From NCBI GenBank assembly GCA_964007735.1, contig CAXGAI010000032.1:1-51981 (forward strand): a DNA stretch of 51,981 bases. Reading direction: 5' to 3'. The notes under the pieces were generated by a model. The model did not search any database, was not told where the DNA came from, and worked only from the letters and a program-made list of their open reading frames with translations. How positions within the stretch are numbered: position 1 is the stretch's first letter; every line of letters starts with the position of its first letter. Positions 19,401 to 28,420 of the stretch are shown here, in pieces. The stretch comes from an uncultured Rhodopirellula sp. Lineage in GTDB: Bacteria > Planctomycetota > Planctomycetia > Pirellulales > Pirellulaceae. The position numbers were made by a program, and so were the translations under genes.

Positions 19401-20611
19401 ACCATGAAGGTCTTGTTGACTACAATCCTGTCACAGGGGAAGGTGTCGAAGCCGGTTCTATGGGGCATTATCACATTAGTATTTCTCACACGGATATGCC
19501 TCCGACGGTGGAACAGATTAATGATGTGACCATTGACGAGGACAGTGGCGATCTTCAAATCGATCTGACCGGACTAAGTTCGGGTATTGGTGAATCTCAA
19601 CCATTTGTTGCTGAAGTGTTTGTATCGAATGATGAACTTCTTAGTCATGCATTGAATCACACGACCAATGCTACGACTGGTTCTCTGGATTTCTCGTTCC
19701 CCGAGCATGCATTTGGGACAAGTTCTATTGTTCTACAACTCATGGATGCTGGTTACGATAAAGATCTTGCGACGCTGGAAGATAATCAGTTCTACATTGA
19801 AGAATTTGCCGTCATCGTGAATCAGGTTAATGACGAGCCAGTTGCTTCAGACGGGCTCTATCAAGTCGAGGACAATCATACGCTCGCGCCCGATTATGAT
19901 AGTGATTTATACAGCTTAGTCGACGATCCGGATGTCGATCGATTAGTCTTCTCTGAAGTAACGCCACCTAAATATGGCCAGTTGGTTTTACGTGATGGAG
20001 GGACATTTGAATATGTTCCTAATGAAAACTTCAACCGGGTTGATTCTTTTGAGTACAACGTAACGGATGGTACAGTGACCACCGAGTCTCGTGTTGTAAC
20101 GATTGAAATGCTGACAGATTATCTTTGGTTTAACGGCGCCAGTCCCGGCGATATCAATGATGATGGTCATTTAGTTCCGATGGATGCACTTACGGTGATT
20201 AACCGTCTTAATGCAGGTGAAGGTGGTAGTCTTTCGCTTGATCGAGAAGCAGGCATGCAGGCTCCGTTTTGGGATGCCAGTCGTGATAATAAATTCTCTC
20301 CCATTGATGCTTTGGTCGTAATTAATGAGCTTAATAATGCACTGGAAGGAGAGGGAGAGGGGGAAGATTCGCTCTGGATCAGGGCCGTTGATCATGCTTT
20401 TAGCCAAAACCTAAAACTGGACTCTGGAGAAGATCCTGAAGAAGGGTGGTGCTTATTAAGTCGGGACGATAGTGCGTTGATTGAAATACCTAGACAGGTG
20501 AGTTCTCTCATTGGTGAACTTGATTTGCTCCGGGAAGAAGCGATTCAATCTGAAAGTGGTGATGATTATGAAGATGAATCACTACGAATAATGAATGAAG
20601 AAGTCAGTTAA
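16484..20611 (+). CDS. secreted S8 subtilisin-like serine peptidase with four PPC-like repeats, cadherin/Ig-like domains and C-terminal dockerin
   Basis: EQLEPRLVL; catalytic IDTG, HGTHVAG, GTSMASP; four D(V/I)DxF repeats; DINDDG..DALTVIN and DASRDN..DALVVIN. GTG at 16484 follows GGAGGAG; the ORF is open from 16451. Confidence 0.92.
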   Translation: MSNHANRGSRNRFRKRLFLEQLEPRLVLTGLTPHSFAFDLIDLYDMRRAQEFQEVDGDGIGIAIIDTGVDTSHRMFTDRVVANVDLVYQTEGNYFTSGHGTHVAGIAAASDPDIGIANKADIISLQVFSETDGYSSWVQILEALQWVRENHHDHNIKVVNMSLGGGLFATSSDAAAVTQDVYREILNLERLGITVVSAAGNEYGIDRNGQTQMVRNANAPGIYSTLVVGAVWESYEGGGICMGEQVCDVTTASDRIVHFSQRPPAQDNVVFAPGAFILSSVPGNEFSELAGTSMASPMVAGTVALMQDAAMTFGGRYLETAEIQEIIRTSSDVIHDGDDENSITTVDGVAFNYTNTDYPRINVHQAVKAVRELVESNAEREDRYEINSGDANSTLSGAYQGPALPLRWSIFDNDPNEAVKLKGILGKDGRRFETGDADVDMFRFEVTAPGVVILQTEAWGNREPADTLLRLFDEDGTPLVSNDDYDNTTYSHLEAALPVGVYYVGVSGSGNDNYSPIHPGSGTAADRGYYKLAFSWANDDLNGFLDTAVQVSFNQGETAFTGLIGEDYGNHVGTQDVDLFRLVVPDDGKVLVDIDTPFTEGYVNSFLRAFDADGNELVYSDDQLQVDPFGYSVEYVDGAYPGYVFDHPTDRQYFDGHTTDSFLMGSDLEQGQVLYFGVSGQRNHSYNPMSVDARPPTYGGFYEVEFQFVSKDLTGNINQSMVLPDANTWYEELIYYDWDSVAGDWAEVSDKDIDFFQVTPTITGVLEFDVDSYVLEDNDDDLDSVITVFDSYGNYIAQRDWDFVENGSWDAKIHLAGTAGETYYFAVSGLGNQAFDPFVIGDAVPGATGYYQMKWDEFGPEAYTLLTDDKLSHLGILDLVVGDSRSAEIGYDDTFVLTAEDVDLYRFTPEEAGDYMIWTDSSQAWSADTVLRLFDADGNELAQNDDDPYGGLGSFLHYEFAADTSYYLGVSGYHEGLVDYNPVTGEGVEAGSMGHYHISISHTDMPPTVEQINDVTIDEDSGDLQIDLTGLSSGIGESQPFVAEVFVSNDELLSHALNHTTNATTGSLDFSFPEHAFGTSSIVLQLMDAGYDKDLATLEDNQFYIEEFAVIVNQVNDEPVASDGLYQVEDNHTLAPDYDSDLYSLVDDPDVDRLVFSEVTPPKYGQLVLRDGGTFEYVPNENFNRVDSFEYNVTDGTVTTESRVVTIEMLTDYLWFNGASPGDINDDGHLVPMDALTVINRLNAGEGGSLSLDREAGMQAPFWDASRDNKFSPIDALVVINELNNALEGEGEGEDSLWIRAVDHAFSQNLKLDSGEDPEEGWCLLSRDDSALIEIPRQVSSLIGELDLLREEAIQSESGDDYEDESLRIMNEEVS

Positions 20612-20630
20612 TATCGACTTCGGCTTAAGA

Positions 20631-20639
20631 TGATATAAT
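20631..20639 (+). promoter_or_regulatory. candidate extended -10 promoter element
   Basis: TGATATAAT (TGn-TATAAT) about 40 nt upstream of ATG 20678. Confidence 0.45.
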
Positions 20640-20677
20640 ACACGTAGCCGTACCTTTTTTTGCAGGACTCGTATGCT

Positions 20678-23530
20678 ATGTGTCTTAGAACCTTTGTTTG
20701 CTTTCTTCTGTTAGTCGCCCTGTGTGGGAACACCGATGCACGAGATATATGGAAATCAAGTCAGTTATCGGGTAGTCCCGAACCACCGAAGCCATACTCG
20801 TTAGTCCAGTCGTATTCCTCACTCTCATTTACAAATCCTGTTTTGATTACAGGCAATGGTGAAGACGGACTATTGTATGTTCTTGAACAGAGAGGGAAGC
20901 TTTTTAGTTTCAATGAGTCGGACCAGTCGGTCACTGAACCGAACCTAGTGATTGACCTCCAGAAAGAGTTTGCCGCGACAGCGGCCTATGGCTTTACATT
21001 TGATCCGGACTATGCAGAAAACCAGTACGTCTATTTGACATTCATTGAGGGCCCAAATTTGGAAGAGGGAACCCGGGTCGCAAGATTTAAGATGGCGGGT
21101 GATGGCCTGCCAAAAATTGACCCCACTTCGCAAGTCGAGATTATTCGCTGGAAGTCGGGGGGCCATAATGGTGGTTGCCTGAAATTTGGGCCCGACAACA
21201 TGCTTTATATTTCTACTGGGGACGCAGCCCCTCCTTCTCCTCCGGACGGACATAATACCGGTCAAGGGGTGGATGACCTGCTGAGTTGTATTTTGCGACT
21301 GGACGTGAGAAATACTTCGGCCGATAACCCGTATGCAATTCCTGCCGATAATCCGTTTGTGGAATGGAAAGATGCCCGACATGAGATTTATGCCTTCGGT
21401 TTCAGAAACCCCTGGCGGATGAGTTTTGATTCAGAAACCAAAGAATTATGGGTTGGAGATGTTGGTTGGGAACTTTGGGAGATGGTTTTTCGCGTTGTTA
21501 GTGGGGGCAATTATGGCTGGAGTGTTACGGAAGGGCCGCAGCCTGTTCGAACGGATCTCAAGACCGGGCCTGGCCCGGTGATTCCTGCAGTCGCGGCACA
21601 TCATCACTCAGAGGCTCGATCCATAACCGGCGGCTTTGTCTATCGGGGTAAACATGACGATTTAGAAGGTAAATATGTTTATGGAGACTATGTGACTGGA
21701 ATTCTCTGGGCATTAACCAATGACGGAAACGAACTCGTTTCGCTTGAGGAGATTGTGCAATCGAATGTAAAAGTGATAGCTTTTGGTGAAGATTCGAAAG
21801 GTGAATTGCTCGTACTCGATTATGCCGGAGGGATTTATAAGCTAGAGAATAACAAAGTCGATGTGGATACAGCACGTTTCCCTCGAACGATAAGCGCAAC
21901 GGGCCTGTTCGGTGATGGTTTCCAACGCGTGCCGGGTGTTTTTGATTACAAGCTTGCCCAGCCACAGTGGCAAGATGGGGCTTTCGCAGATCATTTGATC
22001 GGTTTGCCTGGGGAGGAAAATGTCATGCTTCAACGTAACGGAACGATGCTCTACCCCGAAGGAACGACGCTGGCGAAGACATTGTATATCGCTGAATCAG
22101 GAAAGGCCGGATACACGCGTTTGGAAACTCAGGTCATGTTTCTTGAAAAGGAGCAATGGAATTTTTATACCTATGCCTGGCGAGAAGATCAGACAGACGC
22201 TGATTTAGTTCCCTATGAAGGTGGTTTGCGAAAGATTGTTGTTGACGATGCATTGGCATTTGCTGGCAAGCGACAGATCGAATGGCGGTTTCACAGTCGT
22301 AGTGAATGTAAAACCTGTCACAATAGTCGAGCCACGGTATTGGGATTTGTTTTGCCACAACTGAATGCGTATTCAGGTAAACCTGCGGAGGTGCATCGTG
22401 GACAGATACACGGATTGCTCGAAGAGGGAGTGATCGAGTTGGTGAACCCTATCGGCGGAAAAGCGAATGTACATTCGGTGGAAGGTTTGAGTAAAGATTT
22501 ACCGGGATTTCATAATGGAGTTAGCTCGGACAAAGAAGCAATCGTCAAATCGTATTTGGCCGCTAACTGCTCTCACTGCCATCGTCCGAGTGCTGGGGGG
22601 AATGCAACGATTGATCTTCAATATCAAACGAGCTGGGAGAATATGAAACTTATTAACCATCGGCCTACCCGAGGTAGTTTTGGTATTCAGGATGCTCGGA
22701 TTGTTTCAGCAGGTGACCCTAGCGGATCAGTACTGTTATATCGACTGAGCACGGGGGGGTTGGGCCATATGCCTCATTTGGGTGCCGGAACACCGGATGC
22801 GATGGCGATTGATTTAATAAAACAGTGGATTGAGGAGTTGGAAACCCCTGAGGCGGATGCCCTAGTTGTTGATGTGGATCAGGCGGTAATTGGTTCTCGA
22901 GGTAAACAGCCCGTTTCTGCTGCATTGGCGACTGTGTTGGAGGCTTATGCGATCACAACGCAGGAAAAGGCATTGGCGTTAATTCATAAGAATGTCGATG
23001 GTTCCGAGCCACCACTGGAGTTAGGCCTCTATCGGCCTTTTGTTGACCCGGCAGTATTGCCCCAAACCTTGGGAGCGAATGTCGACTTTGAAAGTGTACT
23101 TAAACTTGTTGGGGATGCTTCACGAGGCCGACAACTATTTCTTAATACGCAAGGAATACAGTGTAAAAACTGTCATCAGGTAGGCTCCGTTGGAAAGGCT
23201 GTAGGTCCTTCGCTAGAGGACATTGCGAAACGCCTTGATCGTCATGCGGTGTTGGAGAGTATTGTACAGCCGTCTGCCAGGATCGATGCAAAATATGCAT
23301 CCTATGTGATCGAAACGGTTAACGGACACGTGTATTCAGGTATTCTTCAGGCACGAAGTCCAAAGCAGATAGTTATCGTCGACGCGCAGGGTAAAAAGAC
23401 GAGTATCCCAACCGTGGAGGTTGATTTGATTGAACGTCAGGACAAGTCATTGATGCCTGAGCTACAGGTGAAAGATTTGACAGCACAACAAGTTGCTGAT
23501 TTGGTTAAGTTCATTAAGAGTGCCAGGTGA
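20678..23530 (+). CDS. PQQ-dependent sugar dehydrogenase (GSDH-type propeller) fused to multiple cytochrome c domains
   Basis: HNGGCLKFGPD, GFRNPWR, GGNYGW, SITGG; haem motifs CKTCH, CSHCH, CKNCH; C-terminal SLMP putative haem-binding domain. ORF open from 20660; ATG at 20678 follows AGGA. Confidence 0.9.
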   Translation: MCLRTFVCFLLLVALCGNTDARDIWKSSQLSGSPEPPKPYSLVQSYSSLSFTNPVLITGNGEDGLLYVLEQRGKLFSFNESDQSVTEPNLVIDLQKEFAATAAYGFTFDPDYAENQYVYLTFIEGPNLEEGTRVARFKMAGDGLPKIDPTSQVEIIRWKSGGHNGGCLKFGPDNMLYISTGDAAPPSPPDGHNTGQGVDDLLSCILRLDVRNTSADNPYAIPADNPFVEWKDARHEIYAFGFRNPWRMSFDSETKELWVGDVGWELWEMVFRVVSGGNYGWSVTEGPQPVRTDLKTGPGPVIPAVAAHHHSEARSITGGFVYRGKHDDLEGKYVYGDYVTGILWALTNDGNELVSLEEIVQSNVKVIAFGEDSKGELLVLDYAGGIYKLENNKVDVDTARFPRTISATGLFGDGFQRVPGVFDYKLAQPQWQDGAFADHLIGLPGEENVMLQRNGTMLYPEGTTLAKTLYIAESGKAGYTRLETQVMFLEKEQWNFYTYAWREDQTDADLVPYEGGLRKIVVDDALAFAGKRQIEWRFHSRSECKTCHNSRATVLGFVLPQLNAYSGKPAEVHRGQIHGLLEEGVIELVNPIGGKANVHSVEGLSKDLPGFHNGVSSDKEAIVKSYLAANCSHCHRPSAGGNATIDLQYQTSWENMKLINHRPTRGSFGIQDARIVSAGDPSGSVLLYRLSTGGLGHMPHLGAGTPDAMAIDLIKQWIEELETPEADALVVDVDQAVIGSRGKQPVSAALATVLEAYAITTQEKALALIHKNVDGSEPPLELGLYRPFVDPAVLPQTLGANVDFESVLKLVGDASRGRQLFLNTQGIQCKNCHQVGSVGKAVGPSLEDIAKRLDRHAVLESIVQPSARIDAKYASYVIETVNGHVYSGILQARSPKQIVIVDAQGKKTSIPTVEVDLIERQDKSLMPELQVKDLTAQQVADLVKFIKSAR

Positions 23531-23604
23531 CTTCGGCTAAACCGTCTGTCTGAGGACATAAATCTTTTGGATATCGTAGAGGTAGACATTCACTGAAAGA
23601 GTTT

Positions 23605-23625
23605 GGGGTGGGCGTATCCCGCCCC
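23605..23625. terminator. GC-rich hairpin between convergent genes
   Basis: GGGGTGGG-cgtat-CCCGCCCC (8-bp stem with one G-U pair); no long U tract. Confidence 0.5.
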
Positions 23626-23629
23626 CGAT

Positions 23630-24625
23630 TTAAGTCATCGCGCCGCAGCAAATGCAGGTAAGTAATAAAAATGCTGCGAAAATGCCGCCAAAGATTTTGA
23701 GCCCAAGAATCAGGGGCTTTTTATACTCGCTTTGTATAAATTCGAACGGACGCGTCGGTTTGTCGGTGGCTTGCTGAGTAGGCCTTGCCGACGTCCTCGG
23801 TTTGTTACCGCTGCCAAAGGTCTTTACACGTTCGAGCACGGGTACTTTTTGCAGTGTCGGTGGAGCGTATTTTGAGATGGACACCGGGGCCGGCATGTAA
23901 CCCAGTGTTTCTGATACATCAGCCATTTGCGTCTGCTGTAAATCAGGCGTTTGGCCGCTTGTGCTTGCCCGTTCTGGCTCACCGCTTGTTTCGTGAATGC
24001 TTAATTGCTTTGCCTGAGGTATGAACTCCGCTTTTTCAGGCTCTTTGTTCTTTTGTGGTTTCCTTGCCTTGCGAATCTCATGACGGTCACCCTTGTCAAT
24101 GCTTCGTTTGGCTATCAGTTTGGGTTCTGGCACTTCTCCTTCATCCGCCTTAGCTTCGGAAGGAACTATGCTTTTCAATACAGACTCGGACCTAGCTGGG
24201 CTCGGCTCAGAATGAGTTGGGGCAGGAGTATGGTCAGCATCAGCTGGGGGTGGTGCCGGGCTAGGAATGGAGATGACACTTGTAGCCAGCAGTTTGTAGT
24301 GTTTGTATGAACTGTCCCAGTCTAAGAACCTGACCGTAAATGAATGTTCTTCACCGCGACTCCAGGTTTCGGCCTCTTCATTCATCGACGTGGGCAGCAG
24401 GATTTTCACTTCGGAATCGATCCTCTTGACCGTTCCAAGGAATCCATACCCGTCCCGGTATCCGTTTTCACGGACGTAACTGTAGTTACGTGCAACTTCT
24501 TTGGCTGTCGTTGTTATGGAATATTCGCCATTGGCCTCTCTGAGTTTATCGATCTCACGTCGCCTGTCATAAGACGAATCGATCTTTTCAAGCGATATAA
24601 GGGTATGGATGATATCTGTGGCCAT
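23630..24625 (-). CDS. hypothetical tail-anchored membrane protein; N-terminal domain paralogous to 24713-26947
   Basis: 331-aa ORF: globular ~115-aa N-terminus, Pro/Ser/Lys-rich linker, C-terminal hydrophobic helix ending TCICCGAMT. Confidence 0.8.
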   Translation of the reverse strand: MATDIIHTLISLEKIDSSYDRRREIDKLREANGEYSITTTAKEVARNYSYVRENGYRDGYGFLGTVKRIDSEVKILLPTSMNEEAETWSRGEEHSFTVRFLDWDSSYKHYKLLATSVISIPSPAPPPADADHTPAPTHSEPSPARSESVLKSIVPSEAKADEGEVPEPKLIAKRSIDKGDRHEIRKARKPQKNKEPEKAEFIPQAKQLSIHETSGEPERASTSGQTPDLQQTQMADVSETLGYMPAPVSISKYAPPTLQKVPVLERVKTFGSGNKPRTSARPTQQATDKPTRPFEFIQSEYKKPLILGLKIFGGIFAAFLLLTCICCGAMT

Positions 24626-24712
24626 CGGTCTATTTTAATTGCGTCGCCTGTTCGGTTGAATGGATTCAGTTGAGCATGGTCTGGGATATTGATGCTTCTC
24701 AATGCGGATTGC

Positions 24713-26947
24713 TTAGTTCTTTATTTCCCAGACATGGAGTTCGTTTTTACTGGCTAATGCGTAAAGGAATTTTGAGTTTGGTGAAAATCGGAACCAATCG
24801 TATTTCGTTGCTTTATCATCACCAAGTCTAGTGATCACTTCTCCGGTCATAAAGTTGATGACCCAAATCTCATTAGAATTGTTGTTTGGGGAAAATGCCA
24901 AGTGCGTTCCATTGGGAGCCATGTTTATGGAAGACGGTGAACCGACTAGACCGTTGATTGCCCAGTAGGGACGCTTAAATGAAGTCTGGTAAATTCGAAT
25001 CTGGCGGTCCTGGTTAATTGTTGCAATGTAGTTGGATTGATGAGTACTTGAGTGCATCTTGAACGGGATGCCGTTGATCGATGATTGCCAGCTAGGCTCT
25101 GAGTTGGAGTTGTAACCGACTAACTGATCGTGCTTATCATTGATTGTAATGAGCCGGCTAGGTACCGTGGAGAGCGTGGGGTAATTTAGCGGAGGGCTGG
25201 CCTGTAACCCAAACGGAGTTTTAGATGTTCCTATCGCAGAAAGATTAAATTCGTGGAGAGTAACCTTGCCTGAGATGTCTCGAGTGAAGGCAAATCCGTT
25301 GAAAGGTGCCAGATAGATCGAGCTGGCATCGGTGAAGTTACTTGTTTCCATTATTGGCTCGCTGTTAGAGTTTAGTGGCCATGAGTAAACCATTAGCTTT
25401 GAAGATGGTTTACCACCCTGATGCAGCAGGACCTTAGTTCCATCCTCGGAGAACGAAATGCCTTTGATTTCGGTCCGGATACCTACCGGAGTTTCGTCTT
25501 TAATGCTTCCTGCACGCGTTTCAAAACGATAGGCATGTAGTACTTTGCGAGTTGAAATTAAAATGGCAGGCTCGTTCGGGTGCATCCAGATCGATGATGG
25601 GTAGGTATTCCCTGAAATGTCATCCATAGTGAAATCAGGAGTACGTGTGTTTAGCGATGCTCGTTTCCAGACTCCACGAGTTGGGATCGCTGCCCAATCA
25701 CGTTCATTCGGTGCTTGGGGTTCGATGATGTCTTGTGGTTCGGAAGTGAAGATTTCCTCATGTTGGGAGTAAGCAGTGTATGACCGGTAAGGGTTTCTCG
25801 ACTCTTGGTCGAAGATAGAGTATACCCAGATGACAACGCCCGCCGTGACAAGGATCATCAAGGTTCCCAGTGAAGTTGAAAATATTTTTTTCTTGGATGC
25901 GGTTGCAGCTTTATGGGTAAGCGTCTTCCTGCGAGTGCTGCTTCTTGGTCTATTGGTTTCGGAATGAGGCCTAGTTTTGTGCGAAGAGCCTGCCGTTGTA
26001 ATCGCCGCAGCTTTAGAGGATTTGTTTTTCTTGAGGCCTTTGCGACGTTTGTTCTTGCGAGATTTTCGTGGTTTCCGGGCGTTTGGATCCTTAGTTCTTT
26101 TGTTAGGAGCAGCGACAGTTTTCGAGCTGACCGGTGGAGGCGGGAGATTGAGTGAGTCAACGTTTACGGCGTCAAGGGTAGATTCCAGTTGAGACGGAGG
26201 AGGCGATTTAAGTTTGGCTGAATCCCCCGGTTTCTGTTCCGGAGCTTCTAAGGCTTGCGGTGTTGCTTTTTTAGGCTCAGGCTCGGATTCGGGTTTAGAT
26301 GTAGATTCCTGCTTAGATTTAGGTGCAGGCCCAGTCTCGTGCGCTGATGGTTCTGTGGTTGTTACAGCTGGAGCCTCCTGATCGGTTTTCTCATTTTCTA
26401 AAATGTGATCGGATTCGATTGTCGGTTGAGAGTCAGTCGTGGTTCGATCGTTTGTTTCGCGCTCATTTTCTTCCAGTGTTTGAGCAATGGATTCCCTATC
26501 TAGTGTTTCTTGCGGATCGTCATGGCTCGTAGCTTCAAGTGGGGGAGGACTAGCATCGGAAGCGAGTGTGTCGACGGTGACTTCGTCTGGAATTGCTAGC
26601 CCGCGAACAAGCATTTGGTAACGTTCATAAGCGGAGTCGAATTCATGGAAGCTTACGTGGGCGGTGACCGTTCGGCCCTCATTCCAGTCGTCGATTTCGT
26701 CATTCATGTTCGCAGGGAAGACGAGCTTGAGCTCCTGTTCTCCATTGGCCATTGTTCCTACGACGGATCGTCCATCACGAAAACCATCTTCTCGAATATA
26801 CCCATAGAATCGTTCAATCTTGTCGATGACGATTTGTACGGTAAAACGTTCGTCCGAAGGCATTGATTCGATGGCTCGGCGGCGATCGTAATTTGAATCA
26901 ATCGCGTTGAGACGTTCTATCTCCGTATATATGTCAGGGGATGCCAT
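24713..26947 (-). CDS. hypothetical single-pass membrane protein: novel N-terminal domain, disordered linker, TM helix, WD40-like propeller
   Basis: 744-aa ORF; TM LGTLMILVTAGVVIWVYSIF; C-terminal FSEDG / MAPNG / FSPNS...LHVWE propeller-blade motifs. Confidence 0.82.
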   Translation of the reverse strand: MASPDIYTEIERLNAIDSNYDRRRAIESMPSDERFTVQIVIDKIERFYGYIREDGFRDGRSVVGTMANGEQELKLVFPANMNDEIDDWNEGRTVTAHVSFHEFDSAYERYQMLVRGLAIPDEVTVDTLASDASPPPLEATSHDDPQETLDRESIAQTLEENERETNDRTTTDSQPTIESDHILENEKTDQEAPAVTTTEPSAHETGPAPKSKQESTSKPESEPEPKKATPQALEAPEQKPGDSAKLKSPPPSQLESTLDAVNVDSLNLPPPPVSSKTVAAPNKRTKDPNARKPRKSRKNKRRKGLKKNKSSKAAAITTAGSSHKTRPHSETNRPRSSTRRKTLTHKAATASKKKIFSTSLGTLMILVTAGVVIWVYSIFDQESRNPYRSYTAYSQHEEIFTSEPQDIIEPQAPNERDWAAIPTRGVWKRASLNTRTPDFTMDDISGNTYPSSIWMHPNEPAILISTRKVLHAYRFETRAGSIKDETPVGIRTEIKGISFSEDGTKVLLHQGGKPSSKLMVYSWPLNSNSEPIMETSNFTDASSIYLAPFNGFAFTRDISGKVTLHEFNLSAIGTSKTPFGLQASPPLNYPTLSTVPSRLITINDKHDQLVGYNSNSEPSWQSSINGIPFKMHSSTHQSNYIATINQDRQIRIYQTSFKRPYWAINGLVGSPSSINMAPNGTHLAFSPNNNSNEIWVINFMTGEVITRLGDDKATKYDWFRFSPNSKFLYALASKNELHVWEIKN

Positions 26948-27417
26948 GTAATTCCTGCTGTTTGCAATTTTCTAAAACTGAGACAAGTAATCTGCCATCC
27001 TATATGGTGCTAAAGCCGCCTGTCATGAGGCGCAAAAAACCGATGAAGTGTATAGATCGCAGTCGTGTCGATAGCACCAGTGGCGCAGTTTGCGATCCAC
27101 ATTATTTGGTTGATCATTTATCCGGACCACAAATAGGAATGATCCCAACTTGTCAAACCGAGCTTCTGTTCCCGTTTTTATAGAAAGACCCTCATGGCCA
27201 GACAGTAGAACGATGAGGCTTAGGATACGGTGCATGGTTGAAGAATGCTGGGAGGGTTGGTGACGTCCGTATGTCATTACTTTTATTGTAACATTAGTGC
27301 CAAATTGGATGTTAGCAATGTATGAGGCCCAAGGTGTAAATAGCCAGCACTAGGGCTATACTAAGAATTCGAGAGAATGCGAAGGAGTTTCAGTCATTAA
27401 ATAAAGGGCATGATAAT

Positions 27418-28419
27418 ATGTCTGTCGAGACAGGTTCCGTAAAGTTTGCCATTCTAGGGACGGCTAGAATAGCCACTAAAGTCGGGGAAGCGATTCATAA
27501 TACGGAAGGTGCAGAGCTGGAATTGATTACTAGTCGTACGCTCGAAAATGCGCGGGCCTGGAAGGCGGAACACGGTGCCAATGTTGCCGCAGAAGGATAT
27601 GAAGTTGCACTGTTGCATCCGGAGATTCAGGTAGTCTACATTCCTTTACCACCATCAATGCATAAAGAATGGGCTGTGAAAGCAGCGGAAGCAGGTAAGC
27701 ACGTGCTCTGTGAGAAACCCCCGGCTTTAAATTCTGCCGAGGTTAAAGAAATGTTAGCAGCCTGCAGGGCGAACGGCGTTCAGTTTATGGATGGAACAAT
27801 GTGGTCACATACTCCCCGGGCACAGGATATGAAAACCGTTTTGAACAGTGGTCAGCTTGGGAAGTTGAGACGCGTTGTGTCCGCTTTTAGCATTCAGATG
27901 CCGGAGACTCCAGATCAGCATCGCTACATCTCCGAATTGGGAGGGGGGGCATTGTATGACATTGGATGGTATTGTGTGCGTGCCGCATTATGGGCCTTCG
28001 ATGCTGTACCAACTCATGTTTATGCATCGGCAACTTACCATCGGGGAGTAGATAAGAATGCGATGGCGATGATGTGGTTTGATGATGATCGTACGGCTAG
28101 CTTTGATTGCGGATACGATCTGACACGTAGGAAATGGATGGAGGTCGTTGGTGAATCCGGGAATCTTGTTTGTGACGATTTCCTATCACCCTGGGACCTC
28201 GAAAAACAACGCTTCTGGGTACATGACGATCAGGGAGTAGCAACGGAACACCAAAGTCGCAGTGTTGTGCAGGAGGCCTCGATGATTGAATCCATGGTCC
28301 AAATTTTGCGCTCGGGTGAACTGAACAGATTTTGGCCACAAATGGCCCTGGATAATCAGAGAGTGGTTGATGCGTTGATATTGTCGGCAAAGGACGGCAT
28401 CAAGGTCGAGGTGAATTAG
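27418..28419 (+). CDS. Gfo/Idh/MocA family oxidoreductase
   Basis: ILGTARIA, VYIPLP..H, GKHVLCEKP, GGGALYDIGWY. Confidence 0.93.
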   Translation: MSVETGSVKFAILGTARIATKVGEAIHNTEGAELELITSRTLENARAWKAEHGANVAAEGYEVALLHPEIQVVYIPLPPSMHKEWAVKAAEAGKHVLCEKPPALNSAEVKEMLAACRANGVQFMDGTMWSHTPRAQDMKTVLNSGQLGKLRRVVSAFSIQMPETPDQHRYISELGGGALYDIGWYCVRAALWAFDAVPTHVYASATYHRGVDKNAMAMMWFDDDRTASFDCGYDLTRRKWMEVVGESGNLVCDDFLSPWDLEKQRFWVHDDQGVATEHQSRSVVQEASMIESMVQILRSGELNRFWPQMALDNQRVVDALILSAKDGIKVEVN

Positions 28420-28420
28420 A

